This document shows, piece after piece, positions 49,008 to 60,042 of a DNA stretch of 64,000 nt; the first letter of the stretch is position 1, and each line of letters opens with the position of its first letter. Source of the DNA: Candidatus Moraniibacteriota bacterium (GTDB lineage: Bacteria > Patescibacteriota > Minisyncoccia > Moranbacterales > DUUL01); assembly GCA_041583775.1 (NCBI GenBank), contig JBFHFF010000002.1, positions 274-64,273 of the forward strand, in the 5' to 3' direction. The notes under the pieces were generated by a model that saw only the letters and a list, made by a program, of their open reading frames with translations, was not told the origin of the DNA and did not search any database. Both the position numbers and the translations under genes were made by a program.

Positions 49008-49667
49008 TTATTCAATTTCTCTTCCTTGTTTATTTCTATCCAATGCATCCTCCAAATTATCTCTAAATACATTTTTATAGAAACTTACCAACTCTTCCTT
49101 TTTTTCTTTTGCTTGGTTGAAAACATTACCTATATTGCCAGGGTCTTCATTTTCATCTCTTTGAAATAATAAAAGTTTATTTAGATGATCTTGATATAAA
49201 GTCTCTATTTCTTTCATTTTATTTTCTAAATCTAAAGAATTACTAGACAATTCCTCAATATCCGTTCCTTCAAGTTTCAATTGAGAAACAGTGCTTGTTA
49301 TGATATTCTTAGCAACTCTCAATCTCATTTGATTCTTTTCAAGAGCGGTTTTTGCTTCCATAATCCTTTTTTCCAATTCAACTTGATCAATCGCTTCTAC
49401 CCTACCACCATTTTCCATTTGAGAAAAATTATTAGGCCCTTGATTTGACATTTGTCCTGCTTCACCATTACCATCAATTGGTTTATTTTGCATAAAAACT
49501 GCCTTTTCTTCTTCACTCATATTTTCCATCTCACCTGGAGAGGGTTGAATTGGCATAGCATTTGCAATTGAAAAAGCCATAATGCAAACCACCATGATTA
49601 ATAAACCTAATATTGAAGACTGTACTTCATTTAGTTTTTTTATTTTTTTCCTATCGGCAACTTTCAT
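49008..49667 (-). CDS. membrane-anchored coiled-coil protein, hypothetical
   Basis: 219 aa with a signal-anchor and predicted coiled coils. Confidence 0.45.
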   Translation of the reverse strand: MKVADRKKIKKLNEVQSSILGLLIMVVCIMAFSIANAMPIQPSPGEMENMSEEEKAVFMQNKPIDGNGEAGQMSNQGPNNFSQMENGGRVEAIDQVELEKRIMEAKTALEKNQMRLRVAKNIITSTVSQLKLEGTDIEELSSNSLDLENKMKEIETLYQDHLNKLLLFQRDENEDPGNIGNVFNQAKEKKEELVSFYKNVFRDNLEDALDRNKQGREIE

Positions 49668-49912
49668 TTTTATTTTAATTACATAATAATGTCTTTATAT
49701 TAACACACAATCAATAAAAAATTAAACAACCCCAGACTCAAAAAACAGTTTTTTATATAAACTATTTAACAATTAAATTAGAAACTTGCCAAAATCCAAT
49801 AGTTCTGCTACAATGCTTTTATAATATATTGAATTAGCTTTCCTGCTCGAAGTTGAACAATTTTTTATTCAGTGGTTGCATAGCAACGCTACGACAGGAC
49901 GGTAACAAACTC

Positions 49913-50179
49913 ATGCCTCTAACAAAGAAGCCTACTAAAGTTGCGAAGACTTTTAAACGACACGAAAAAGATTCTGGTTCTGCAGAATTTCAAATCGCTT
50001 TATTCACAGAAAAAATCAAACAACTAGTGGCTCATTTACAAACCAATCCTAAAGACAAACATTCTCGAAGAGGTTTACTAGGAATGGTCTCTCAGAGAAA
50101 AAAAATGATGAAGTATTTAAAAAATACCAACGAAGAAGTTTATACTAAAGTCATTAAAAAGCTAAACCTAAAAGGCTAA
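49913..50179 (+). CDS. rpsO: 30S ribosomal protein S15
   Basis: Motifs DSGSAEFQIALFTEKI and HLQTNPKDKHSRRGLLGMVSQRKKMMKYL. The likely start is the internal ATG at 49913, not 49853. Confidence 0.9.
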   Translation: MPLTKKPTKVAKTFKRHEKDSGSAEFQIALFTEKIKQLVAHLQTNPKDKHSRRGLLGMVSQRKKMMKYLKNTNEEVYTKVIKKLNLKG

Positions 50180-50216
50180 CCAAAGCCTTTTTTGGTTTAA
50201 ATTTTAAAATAAAATA

Positions 50217-50825
50217 ATGTCAAAATTTAAAGAGCAGCGCGTCGGAGTTCTTGTTGATATTCAAAATATGTACTACAGTGCTCGTGTTTTATATAAAAAA
50301 AAGACTGACTTTAAGAATATTTTGGAAGCGGCAGTTTCTGAAAGAAAATTGATTAGAGCAATTGGGTATGGCATTGCAACAGAAGAAAAAACTGAAGAAA
50401 AGTTTTTTGAATCACTCGAAAAACATGGTTATGAAGTAAAATCAAAAGACCTTCAAATTTTCAAAGGTGGTATGAAAAAGGGAGATTGGGATGTTGGAAT
50501 CACTATTGATGCTATTAAATTAGCAAAAAATCTTGATGTAATTGTTTTGGTTAGTGGTGATGGTGATTACATTCCACTTGTTAAATATCTGCAATATAAT
50601 TTTGGGGTAAGAGTTGAGGTTATGGCTTTTATAGAAAGTTGTTCATCTCAATTAATTGAAGAAGCTGACGATTTTACAAACCTAAGTGACGGTAATAAAT
50701 TTTTCATAAAAGGAGGAAACAGAAAAAGCTCTTCTAAGAAAATCTCTAAACAGGGAGAAAAACAAATAGTTGAGATACATCCGGAGAAAAACGCAACGAC
50801 AAAAAGAACCGCTAGAATGCTTTAG
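50217..50825 (+). CDS. NYN-domain (LabA-like) protein
   Basis: 202 aa with VLVDIQNMYY and VLVSGDGDYIPLV motifs. Confidence 0.8.
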   Translation: MSKFKEQRVGVLVDIQNMYYSARVLYKKKTDFKNILEAAVSERKLIRAIGYGIATEEKTEEKFFESLEKHGYEVKSKDLQIFKGGMKKGDWDVGITIDAIKLAKNLDVIVLVSGDGDYIPLVKYLQYNFGVRVEVMAFIESCSSQLIEEADDFTNLSDGNKFFIKGGNRKSSSKKISKQGEKQIVEIHPEKNATTKRTARML

Positions 50826-50907
50826 TTCTGTTGCCACTATTTACAAAATGAAATAAAACTGTTACATTCTTTTAGGTAGCAACTCGTTGTTATTTTTGTT
50901 TTTTCAC

Positions 50908-50994
50908 GGAGAGATGGCAGAGTGGTCGAATGCATCAGTCTTGAAAACTGAAGTACTTTCACGAGTACCGAGGGTTCGAATCCCTCTCTCTCCG
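50908..50994 (+). tRNA. tRNA-Ser (anticodon TGA)
   Basis: GGAGAGATGGCAGAGTGGTCGAATGCATCAGTCTTGAAAACTGAAG... has a long variable arm and the anticodon loop CTTGAAA. Near-identical to the E. coli tRNA-Ser(UGA) layout. Confidence 0.9.
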
Positions 50995-51021
50995 CCGTGA
51001 ACTCTAAAAATTTGAACATTT

Positions 51022-51105
51022 GCCGGAGTGGTGAAATTGGTATACACGCCTGCCTTAGGAGCATGTGGGATAACTCCCATGGAGGTTCGAGTCCTCTCTC
51101 CGGCA
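51022..51105 (+). tRNA. tRNA-Leu (anticodon TAG)
   Basis: GCCGGAGTGGTGAAATTGGTATACACGCCTGCCTTAGGAGCATG... has the anticodon loop CTTAGGA, a long variable arm, and the T-arm GGTTCGAGTCC. Confidence 0.85.
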
Positions 51106-51113
51106 CACACAAA

Positions 51114-51148
51114 CAAAAAAACAAGGATTTTCCTTGTTTTTTTGTTTT
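51114..51148 (+). terminator. rho-independent terminator after the tRNA pair
   Basis: aaacaagga-ttt-tccttgttttttt. Confidence 0.75.
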
Positions 51149-51366
51149 TTTAGCTTTTTTAAAAATACTGATTTGTTAATATTGCAGCTTCAAGTTTACA
51201 CAATTTGACTTGAATCATCATTTGTGTTATTCTATAATACTATATTTAGAGATTGTGTCTTCAAACAAGATGTCTCTCTGAAAAAGTGGTAAAACAGTTC
51301 GTTTTTCAACTTATTCTCCCCCTCCCTGTTTCTTGGGACAATCTTTTCAAACAAGGAGTTTCGAAT

Positions 51367-51897
51367 ATGAAACCTCTTCGCCTATTCGGAAAAGAAATGT
51401 TTTTAACAACAGATGGCTCGCCAAAGAAAGAGCTCGTTACTGCGATTGCTCTAAAAAAAGGCGATGTATTTTTCGTCAAACACTTCCCTGAAAATATCCA
51501 GGACTTTGCAAAAAAAGAAATGACACCAAGCGGTTGCGTCATATTAACTGTCCTTATGGACATATTAACCAGCGTGATTGGCCTAGAAAAAAACATGCAG
51601 AAATGTGACAGGATTCTCTTTATAAGAGAAGATCTCAAGGAAAGAGGCGGTAAAGGACTCGGTTTTGTAACTGGGAAAAAATGTCGAATACCTTTCGACC
51701 AACAACTCAACAAAACGGAATTTCCTTACACCTATGGAGGGGCTCAGTGTATGCTTCTCTATGAAGGTGAAGGTGTGTGGGCAACTAATATCCATGACCC
51801 TTTTGCTAAGGTTTTTAAAAAAACGAGAAAACCAGTTGCCATGCCATCCTATTTGGACATCAGAAATTTTTTTGGACAACAGTTGTCCGTGTCATAA
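51367..51897 (+). CDS. hypothetical protein (compositionally atypical, GC-richer)
   Basis: RBS caaggag sits 8 nt before the ATG at 51367. 176 aa, MKPLRLFGKEMFLTTDGSPKK.... The listed ORF start at 51253 has no RBS. Confidence 0.5.
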   Translation: MKPLRLFGKEMFLTTDGSPKKELVTAIALKKGDVFFVKHFPENIQDFAKKEMTPSGCVILTVLMDILTSVIGLEKNMQKCDRILFIREDLKERGGKGLGFVTGKKCRIPFDQQLNKTEFPYTYGGAQCMLLYEGEGVWATNIHDPFAKVFKKTRKPVAMPSYLDIRNFFGQQLSVS

Positions 51898-51996
51898 AGC
51901 TCAACGAGCAACCCCACCTCGGAATAATCAATTTTATGTTCCGAGGTGTTGCCTTTTAAATAATTGAAAAACTTTCCTTTTTAGGCTAGAATTAGC

Positions 51997-52962
51997 TTGG
52001 AAAATCATAAAATAATCCTCATGCCTGCAATCAAAATTCAAGAAATCTTCACTCCCCTGCAACAATCTGGCACTCGCCTTGATAGACTTCTTGCGCAAAA
52101 TTTCACTCAAATCCCTCGGGAAACCTTCAAGAAAGAGATTCTTAAAGGAAATATTTTGGTAAATGGAAAAAAAGTCAAACCAAATTATGTAACAGAGGAA
52201 TACGACGAAATCAAAGTAGATATTTTAATTAAAGAGCTCGCCGCCACAGCACTTCCTGACTCATCAGTTGATATCAATATCGTTTATGAACATCCAGATT
52301 TTTTAATAGTCGAAAAACCTGCTGGGATTTCAGTACACCCTTCGGAGAAAGAACCTCTTGGAACCTTGGCAAATGGTCTCTTGGAGAAATTTCCAGAAAT
52401 AAAAGATGTCGGTGATAGTCCCATGCGTCCAGGAATAGTTCATAGGCTGGATAAATATACTTCAGGCTTGCTTCTTGTACCAAAAAACCAATCTGCTTTT
52501 TTATTTTTCAAAAATATTTTTAAAAATCGAGAAATTACAAAAAAATATATTGCTGTTTGTTGGGGAAATTTTGCAAATAAAGAAGGCTCTGTCGATTTGA
52601 TGGTAGGAAGATCTAAATCAAATTCATTACGACAATCCACCAGTAAATATGCTGATAAATTAGGAAATGCTAAAGAGGCAAAGACTTTGTATAAAGTTTT
52701 GCAGGAATCAAGAGACAAAAAAAAGTCGTTGATTTTGGCGACACCAAAAACAGGAAGAAAACATCAAATCAGGGTTCACCTTCATTCTATCGGGAACCCT
52801 ATTGTTGGTGATAAGATGTACCAATTAGCCGTAAATAAAGAAGGAAATAAGCCTTTTGAAAGATTCTTACTTCATGCAAGCAATCTTGAATTTACTTATT
52901 CAGATGGGAAAAAATACACCTTTACTTCCCCCGTTCCTGTTGAGTTTCTTAATAAATTTTAG
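51997..52962 (+). CDS. RluA-family 23S rRNA pseudouridine synthase (RluD-like, S4 domain)
   Basis: 321 aa. S4-like N-terminus and catalytic motif HRLDKYTSGLLLV. Confidence 0.85.
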   Translation: MENHKIILMPAIKIQEIFTPLQQSGTRLDRLLAQNFTQIPRETFKKEILKGNILVNGKKVKPNYVTEEYDEIKVDILIKELAATALPDSSVDINIVYEHPDFLIVEKPAGISVHPSEKEPLGTLANGLLEKFPEIKDVGDSPMRPGIVHRLDKYTSGLLLVPKNQSAFLFFKNIFKNREITKKYIAVCWGNFANKEGSVDLMVGRSKSNSLRQSTSKYADKLGNAKEAKTLYKVLQESRDKKKSLILATPKTGRKHQIRVHLHSIGNPIVGDKMYQLAVNKEGNKPFERFLLHASNLEFTYSDGKKYTFTSPVPVEFLNKF

Positions 52963-53011
52963 CTTCAGCCTTGGGTCCTTGACCAAATTAAAAAAATAGG
53001 CTATCTTTGAT

Positions 53012-53034
53012 AAAGCTTTTAAGAAAGCTTTTTT
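53012..53034 (+). terminator. terminator hairpin after the pseudouridine synthase gene
   Basis: aaagctt-ttaagaa-agctttttt. Confidence 0.55.
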
Positions 53035-53055
53035 AAGACTTTATAACCTTTCGAT

Positions 53056-53472
53056 ATGGATCAGAAAGTTATCGATTTCAACAAATCACAAAGAACAAAG
53101 GAATTACCAAATTTAAAAGTTGGTGATATTGTTCGTGTTCACAAAAAAATTAAAGAGGGGGAAAAAGAAAGAGTTCAGATTTTCAAAGGACTTATTATTG
53201 CTATAAAAGGAAAACAAAGTTCTTCTCCAACAATCACAGTTCGAAGAGAATCACAAAAAATTGGTGTTGAAGTGACCTTCCCAATTTACATGCCTACTGT
53301 AGTAAAAATTGAAGTTCTTCGACACAGTAAAGTTAGACGCTCAAAAATCTATTATATGCGAGAATTGTCTGGTAAGGCAGCAAAAATGAAAGCTATTGAT
53401 GTTACCAAAGAAGAACAGGCTGTAATGGATGCTATGGATAAAAAACCAGAAAAAGCAAAGGAATCTAAATAA
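53056..53472 (+). CDS. rplS: 50S ribosomal protein L19
   Basis: 138 aa with VGDIVRVHKKIKEGEKERVQIFKGLIIAIKG ... KIYYMRELSGKAAK. It has a C-terminal extension. Confidence 0.85.
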   Translation: MDQKVIDFNKSQRTKELPNLKVGDIVRVHKKIKEGEKERVQIFKGLIIAIKGKQSSSPTITVRRESQKIGVEVTFPIYMPTVVKIEVLRHSKVRRSKIYYMRELSGKAAKMKAIDVTKEEQAVMDAMDKKPEKAKESK

Positions 53473-53597
53473 TTTCATTGTCTTGTTTGAACATTTAAAA
53501 ATAAGGTTTCTATATTTTATTCCTCCGCTCAGATGGCGGAATCATATCTTCCTAAACCACTAATACTCAAAAGGTGTGGTTTAGAAAGATATGCACC

Positions 53598-53681
53598 GCC
53601 CCGATGGTGGAATTGGTATACACACACGGTTGAGGGCCGTGGCGCCTTGTGCGCATGAGAGTTCAAGTCTCTCTCGGGGCA
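53598..53681 (+). tRNA. tRNA-Leu (anticodon GAG)
   Basis: GCCCCGATGGTGGAATTGGTATACACACACGGTTGAGGGCCGTGG... has the anticodon loop TTGAGGG, a long variable arm, and the acceptor pair GCCCCGA/TCGGGGC. Confidence 0.85.
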
Positions 53682-53737
53682 CACTCTTTTCTTTTTTTGA
53701 AAATAGTGCTATAAAAATATAGTAAACTTATTACAAA

Positions 53738-53811
53738 GGATGCTTAGCTCAGTTGGTTAGAGCACCTCGTTTACACCGAGGGGGTCAGGAGTTCGAATCT
53801 CTTAGCATCCA
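53738..53811 (+). tRNA. tRNA-Val (anticodon TAC)
   Basis: GGATGCTTAGCTCAGTTGGTTAGAGCACCTCGTTTACACCGAGGGGGTCAGGAGTTCGAATCTCTTAGCATCCA folds as a cloverleaf with the anticodon loop TTTACAC. Confidence 0.9.
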
Positions 53812-53820
53812 CATTAAACT

Positions 53821-53845
53821 AAAAACAGCCTTTTGGCTGTTTTTA
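53821..53845 (+). terminator. rho-independent terminator after tRNA-Val
   Basis: aaaaacagcc-tttt-ggctgttttt. Confidence 0.75.
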
Positions 53846-53892
53846 GTTATCTAATTGATAAATTTTTCAAATTTCACTATTTGATTATCTTA

Positions 53893-55320
53893 TTACTCCT
53901 CTTCTACTTCTACCTTTCTCCTCATCTCCATATGCCTCTCTTGTAAAATATCCAAAAGCTTGCTTTCATCTACCAAGCGATGTTTTCGAGAGATTATTAC
54001 AAATTTTCCAGCGATCATAAGATCTCTTGCCACTCGCCCACTATGAGTGATGAGATTCCCTAATAATGTAAAAGGATTCGTTTGATCAAAGGGCACAAAA
54101 CCACGATCTTTTAATTTCCAAAAAACTAAATCAGCTTTATAGCCAGGCAAAATTCTCCCATGCTTAGGCATATCCAAAATTTTAGCACCATTGATTGTCA
54201 TCATTTTAAATAATGAGCCAAATTTAATTGTTTTCAAATAAAGATGTGTGGTTCTCGCTCGATATGCTTCTGTTAAAATATCTAGGCGACTCTTCGAAAC
54301 AACACTATCCGTTCCAAGTGCTATGTTTCTAAATCCACCAGCATCATGATATTTCCAATAAGGAAACACTCCACTTTTATGGATTCTGTTTGAAGTTGGT
54401 AAGTGAACAACACCCACTCCCGTTTTAGCAATGCGAACGATTTCTTCATCGCGTAAATGAATTGCGTGTGAAACAATGGTATTTTTATTCAAAAGTCCAT
54501 ATGTCTCCAAAACATCAACTTCTCGCATCTTGTGATTTTTTAGCGTCTCCTCAATAACTTTCTCACTTTCTGACATATGACAAGTGAAAAGCAAGTTGTG
54601 CTTATCTATTAGAATTTTAACTTTTTTCAGAACATCTGGACTTGCCTTATACAGATAGTGTACAGCCATTGCTAAACGCGAATGTGAATTTTTTTCTTCT
54701 TTTAATATTTTTTCAATTAAAGCTGGCGAATTTTCTGGAGAAACATGAGAGGCAACACTAATTCCGTTTATTATATTCTGAGTTGTTACTTTTGCAGCAA
54801 TTTCAATCGCATCAAAGGAATTATAATGGCTAACGGTTGTCGTTACTCCAAATTTTTGTTGCTCTGTGATATCGCCGATTGCGCTTAGCGCCAAATCGTT
54901 TTTTGTCATTTTTGATTCCCATTTTGGTAATTTAGCCAGTGTCTCATCAATGTTATCGCCCTCATCTAGATCCATAGAGCTTCGCAAAAGGTACATTGGG
55001 GGATGAGCATGTGCATTGATAAATCCAGGGGTTATCACAGTTCCACCTCTTTTTCCGGCATCATATACCAAATCAAAATCATTTGGATCAAATTCATCCA
55101 CTGATTTCACTTCCTGAATAATGTCTCCCTTAATAACAATGGAATGGTTTTTAAAATATCTTAGTTTATCATTCTCATCGCAAGTGAAAAAATAAGGAAT
55201 GTTATGAATCAAGATTGTTTCATAATTATCTTTATTGACAGTATACCTGCCATGCTCATCATTTTCAGCTTTTGTGAGTTTTTTGTTTTTCTTTTTTATT
55301 TTTGAAAAAATTTCCATCAT
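53893..55320 (-). CDS. metal-dependent amidohydrolase (nucleobase/nucleoside deaminase-like; possibly guanine deaminase)
   Basis: 475 aa with the GFINAHAHPPM metal-binding start of an amidohydrolase TIM-barrel and a distal HxH...D pattern. It lies adjacent to guaA. Confidence 0.7.
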   Translation of the reverse strand: MMEIFSKIKKKNKKLTKAENDEHGRYTVNKDNYETILIHNIPYFFTCDENDKLRYFKNHSIVIKGDIIQEVKSVDEFDPNDFDLVYDAGKRGGTVITPGFINAHAHPPMYLLRSSMDLDEGDNIDETLAKLPKWESKMTKNDLALSAIGDITEQQKFGVTTTVSHYNSFDAIEIAAKVTTQNIINGISVASHVSPENSPALIEKILKEEKNSHSRLAMAVHYLYKASPDVLKKVKILIDKHNLLFTCHMSESEKVIEETLKNHKMREVDVLETYGLLNKNTIVSHAIHLRDEEIVRIAKTGVGVVHLPTSNRIHKSGVFPYWKYHDAGGFRNIALGTDSVVSKSRLDILTEAYRARTTHLYLKTIKFGSLFKMMTINGAKILDMPKHGRILPGYKADLVFWKLKDRGFVPFDQTNPFTLLGNLITHSGRVARDLMIAGKFVIISRKHRLVDESKLLDILQERHMEMRRKVEVEEE

Positions 55321-55402
55321 AGGTTTGTTATTTTAAAATTCAATACTCTAAATTAATTTATGTGTAAATTTTTCACAAAAGCAGTTATAAATTTACCAAT
55401 TC

Positions 55403-57226
55403 TTACTCCCACTCAGTTGTTCCTGGTGGTTTGTTTGTTATATCAAAAAAGATATGTCCGACTTCATTCAATTTGCTGATTTTTTCAACTATTTCATCTA
55501 AAATATTTTGTCCCATTTGATAAAAATGTAGTGTCATAAAATCTCTAGTATTAATTGGTCTAAGTACAATAGACTCTTTTCCGTATCCGTCAAAAATAGG
55601 AATTAAAACAACAGGGAATTGATCGATATCTGAATATATACTCCTATCTCTCATTATATTTGAGATAATTCCATCAACCCTTCTTAGTAAATCTATTCTT
55701 TCTTTTGACAAATCAAGAGATTTTTGTGGTAAAATAAATTTTAGCTCTTGTTTTTCTTTTTTATTTAGAAGCAACACTACCCTGTTTATTTCCTTATGCG
55801 CGTTTGTAATGATTGATGAAATTTCATTCAATTTTCCCCAATCTGTTTCTCCCCAAATAGCTAAAGGATGTGCATATGTTCTGTTGTCTCCTTGAACACC
55901 AACCGATTTAACTGGTAATGTTTTTGAAAAAATTTCGAATTCTTTCTTTTTACAAAAATCTCCAATTTTTTTATCAACCTCCTGAAAATCACTTTTCTCT
56001 TTTTTATTTTCATCAAAACACAAACATCTAATCGCTAATCCTGGTCCTGGGAAAGGGTGCCTGTCAATAAGCTCTGTTGGCAAATTTAATAACCTGCCGA
56101 CTTTCCTAACTTCATCTTTATATAAATCAACAATGGGCTCAATGATAAGACCCTTCTTGATCATCTCTGTTATAGCGTCGACTCTATTGTGATGAGTTTT
56201 AATTGTATTTGAATTTTTTGTCCCTCCAGATTCAATAGTGTCTGGATAAATAGTTCCTTGGCCCAAAAGCCATTGATTTAAATCCAGTCCCATTTTCTCA
56301 GCTGCCATATCTTTAGCGTCTAAAAATGTTTTACCTATTATTGCTCTTTTCTCTTCTGGCTCATAAATTCCTTGTAATCTACGGAAAAACATTTCACTTG
56401 CATCCATAATTTCCAAATTAGAAAAACCCGTTCGCTTAAAACGCTCCATTATTTTTTTAGATTCATCCTCTCTCATAAATCCCGTATCAATATATAAACC
56501 CTTCACTCTTTCTTCACCTAAAGCTTTTGTTAAGAGTGCAAAAGCGACATTTGAATCAACTCCTCCGCTAACTAAAATAAAGACCTTTTTTTTCCCAACT
56601 TGTTTTTGAATTTTCTCAATTAATTCTTTTGTTATATCCTCTATCTTCCAATCTTTTTTCGCCCCACAGATACCAATCACAAAATTTTCAATCATTTTTT
56701 CACCTTCCTTTGAATGTGCGACTTCTGGATGAAATTGGAAACCAAAAATCTTTTTTTGATCATTTGCCATCGCTGTAATAGCACAATCATCTGTCCTTCC
56801 AATTATTTTAAAGTCCTTAGGGACCTCTACCACCAAATCTCCGTGACTCATCCAAACTTGTGAATCATTCGAAATATTTTCAAAAATTTCACTTTTACCT
56901 AAAATGTTTAGTCTTGCTAATCCATATTCCCCAATAGCTCCAGTGTCCACTTTTCCGCCAAATTCATGCGCCAAAAATTGATGACCGTAACAAACTCCCA
57001 AAATTGGAAGTCCCATTTGTAAAATTTCCTTTTTAGGTCGCAAACTTTTTTCATCATAAACCGATTGTGGTCCACCAGAAAAAATAATACCTATGATATT
57101 TTCTCCCAACTCATCAACTGAAACATCGTTTTGATATATTTTTGCCAACACCCCCAATTCACGAATATTTCTCGCAATAAGATGAGTATATTGAGATCCA
57201 AAATCTAAAATTGCTATGTGTTTCAT
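55403..57226 (-). CDS. guaA: GMP synthase (glutamine-hydrolysing)
   Basis: 607 aa. GATase N-terminus ILDFGSQYTHLIARNIRELGV...CYGHQ. ATP-PPase SGGVDS. Dimerisation C-terminus. It is longer than typical, with insertions. Confidence 0.9.
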   Translation of the reverse strand: MKHIAILDFGSQYTHLIARNIRELGVLAKIYQNDVSVDELGENIIGIIFSGGPQSVYDEKSLRPKKEILQMGLPILGVCYGHQFLAHEFGGKVDTGAIGEYGLARLNILGKSEIFENISNDSQVWMSHGDLVVEVPKDFKIIGRTDDCAITAMANDQKKIFGFQFHPEVAHSKEGEKMIENFVIGICGAKKDWKIEDITKELIEKIQKQVGKKKVFILVSGGVDSNVAFALLTKALGEERVKGLYIDTGFMREDESKKIMERFKRTGFSNLEIMDASEMFFRRLQGIYEPEEKRAIIGKTFLDAKDMAAEKMGLDLNQWLLGQGTIYPDTIESGGTKNSNTIKTHHNRVDAITEMIKKGLIIEPIVDLYKDEVRKVGRLLNLPTELIDRHPFPGPGLAIRCLCFDENKKEKSDFQEVDKKIGDFCKKKEFEIFSKTLPVKSVGVQGDNRTYAHPLAIWGETDWGKLNEISSIITNAHKEINRVVLLLNKKEKQELKFILPQKSLDLSKERIDLLRRVDGIISNIMRDRSIYSDIDQFPVVLIPIFDGYGKESIVLRPINTRDFMTLHFYQMGQNILDEIVEKISKLNEVGHIFFDITNKPPGTTEWE

Positions 57227-57288
57227 ATTATTTTTCCGTTGATAAAAAATTAAATCTCAAGTATAATTCAGATTATATTCCATTATAG

Positions 57289-58821
<1,533 letters not shown>

Positions 58822-58842
58822 AAGCTTTTTATAAATAATAAA

Positions 58843-58877
58843 ATCCAGAGAACAAAGTTGTTCTCTGGATTTTATTT
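58843..58877. terminator. rho-independent terminator after guaB
   Basis: atccagagaac-aaagtt-gttctctggat-ttta. Confidence 0.8.
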
Positions 58878-59047
58878 ATACAATAAATGAAACTACTTAA
58901 ATAAGAATTCCTTTCAAAGCCTAATTAAACCCTTCTTTTTACTTTTTTTCTAGTTGATAAAGTTAATCCTTAATTTAATTAAAATAAAAAATAATTTATC
59001 AATAAGAAAATGCCTTTTTACTCATACTAGTTTTTCCCCTGTTCCTT

Positions 59048-60022
59048 CTAGAAAAGATTGAACATTTTTCCAATATGGAAAGCATAGAAAAGCAAAAGAA
59101 AATACCCCTCCCATTGAGTAACCTCTTTGTCTTGGGTTACAAACAAAACAATGAGCGTCACAATTATCATAAGAGGCAAACCAAATGTGATAACACTAGA
59201 TGGTATTATCAAAACACCGAAAAGACCTGCAACACCCATCACTCCGAGTGAATTAAAAATATTAGAACCCAACACATTTCCAACGGCAATCTCGGCCTTC
59301 CCCTTTTTCGCAGCACTTAAACTCACAGCAAGTTCTGGCAAAGAAGTACCAAGCGCAATCACTGAAGCGGCAATAATATCCGTTCCTATTTTCAAAAACT
59401 CAGAAATCTTAACAGCTGAATCAATCGTATATTTAGCACTGAAAAAAATGAAAATACTACTGATAAAAAGCACAAAGAAGTCTTTTTTTGGCAACCTCTT
59501 TGTCCAATGCAATTCTTTTTTGAGATATCTCTCCAAATCTTTACCATCTTTTTTCGATTTTTTTGTACCATTCTCAGACATAGCAATTCTAATAAAATAA
59601 ATTGCGACACCTACTAAACACAAAATTGCTTCCCAAAAAGTAAACCTTCCGTCATAAATAGTAATTCCTAAAATAAAAGCCGAACTTATTAATAGAGGTA
59701 AATCTACATTAATAATTTCATAATCTAATTTCATTTTTTTTCCGACAACTGCAGCCAACCCCAAAACTAAACAAATATTTGTTATATTAGATCCCACAAC
59801 ATTTCCTGAAACTATTTCTGAAGCGCCACTTATAACTGCAAAAAAGGAAGATATAAGCTCGGGCAAAGAAGTTCCTAGTGCCACAATAGTAACACCAATT
59901 AAAAAAGGTTTTAATTTGAAAAATAAACCAATTTCTTCAGCAGCATCAGTAAAAAGATCCGATGCTTTTATTAAAACAAATAAACTCACAAAAAAAATCA
60001 CACCCCAAATTAAAGTTCCCAT
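59048..60022 (-). CDS. Ca2+/cation antiporter (CaCA family, YrbG-like)
   Basis: 324 aa with two alpha-repeat motifs GTSLPEL. Confidence 0.85.
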   Translation of the reverse strand: MGTLIWGVIFFVSLFVLIKASDLFTDAAEEIGLFFKLKPFLIGVTIVALGTSLPELISSFFAVISGASEIVSGNVVGSNITNICLVLGLAAVVGKKMKLDYEIINVDLPLLISSAFILGITIYDGRFTFWEAILCLVGVAIYFIRIAMSENGTKKSKKDGKDLERYLKKELHWTKRLPKKDFFVLFISSIFIFFSAKYTIDSAVKISEFLKIGTDIIAASVIALGTSLPELAVSLSAAKKGKAEIAVGNVLGSNIFNSLGVMGVAGLFGVLIIPSSVITFGLPLMIIVTLIVLFVTQDKEVTQWEGYFLLLFYAFHIGKMFNLF

Positions 60023-60042
60023 ATTCTATTTTTTTAAATTTT

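Noticed and set aside
50837-51179. Three small ORFs overlapping the tRNA-Ser and tRNA-Leu genes
   Set aside because: The region folds into two canonical tRNAs plus a terminator. ORFs here are artefacts.
51306-51879. Antisense ORFs of 135 and 98 aa in the GC-richer segment
   Set aside because: The higher GC inflates ORF lengths on the opposite strand. The + strand gene has an RBS and a continuous 176-aa frame.
53521-53540. tccgctcagatggcgga, considered as a tRNA fragment or extra tRNA
   Set aside because: It is only a short hairpin with no cloverleaf. It is probably a weak structure downstream of rplS.
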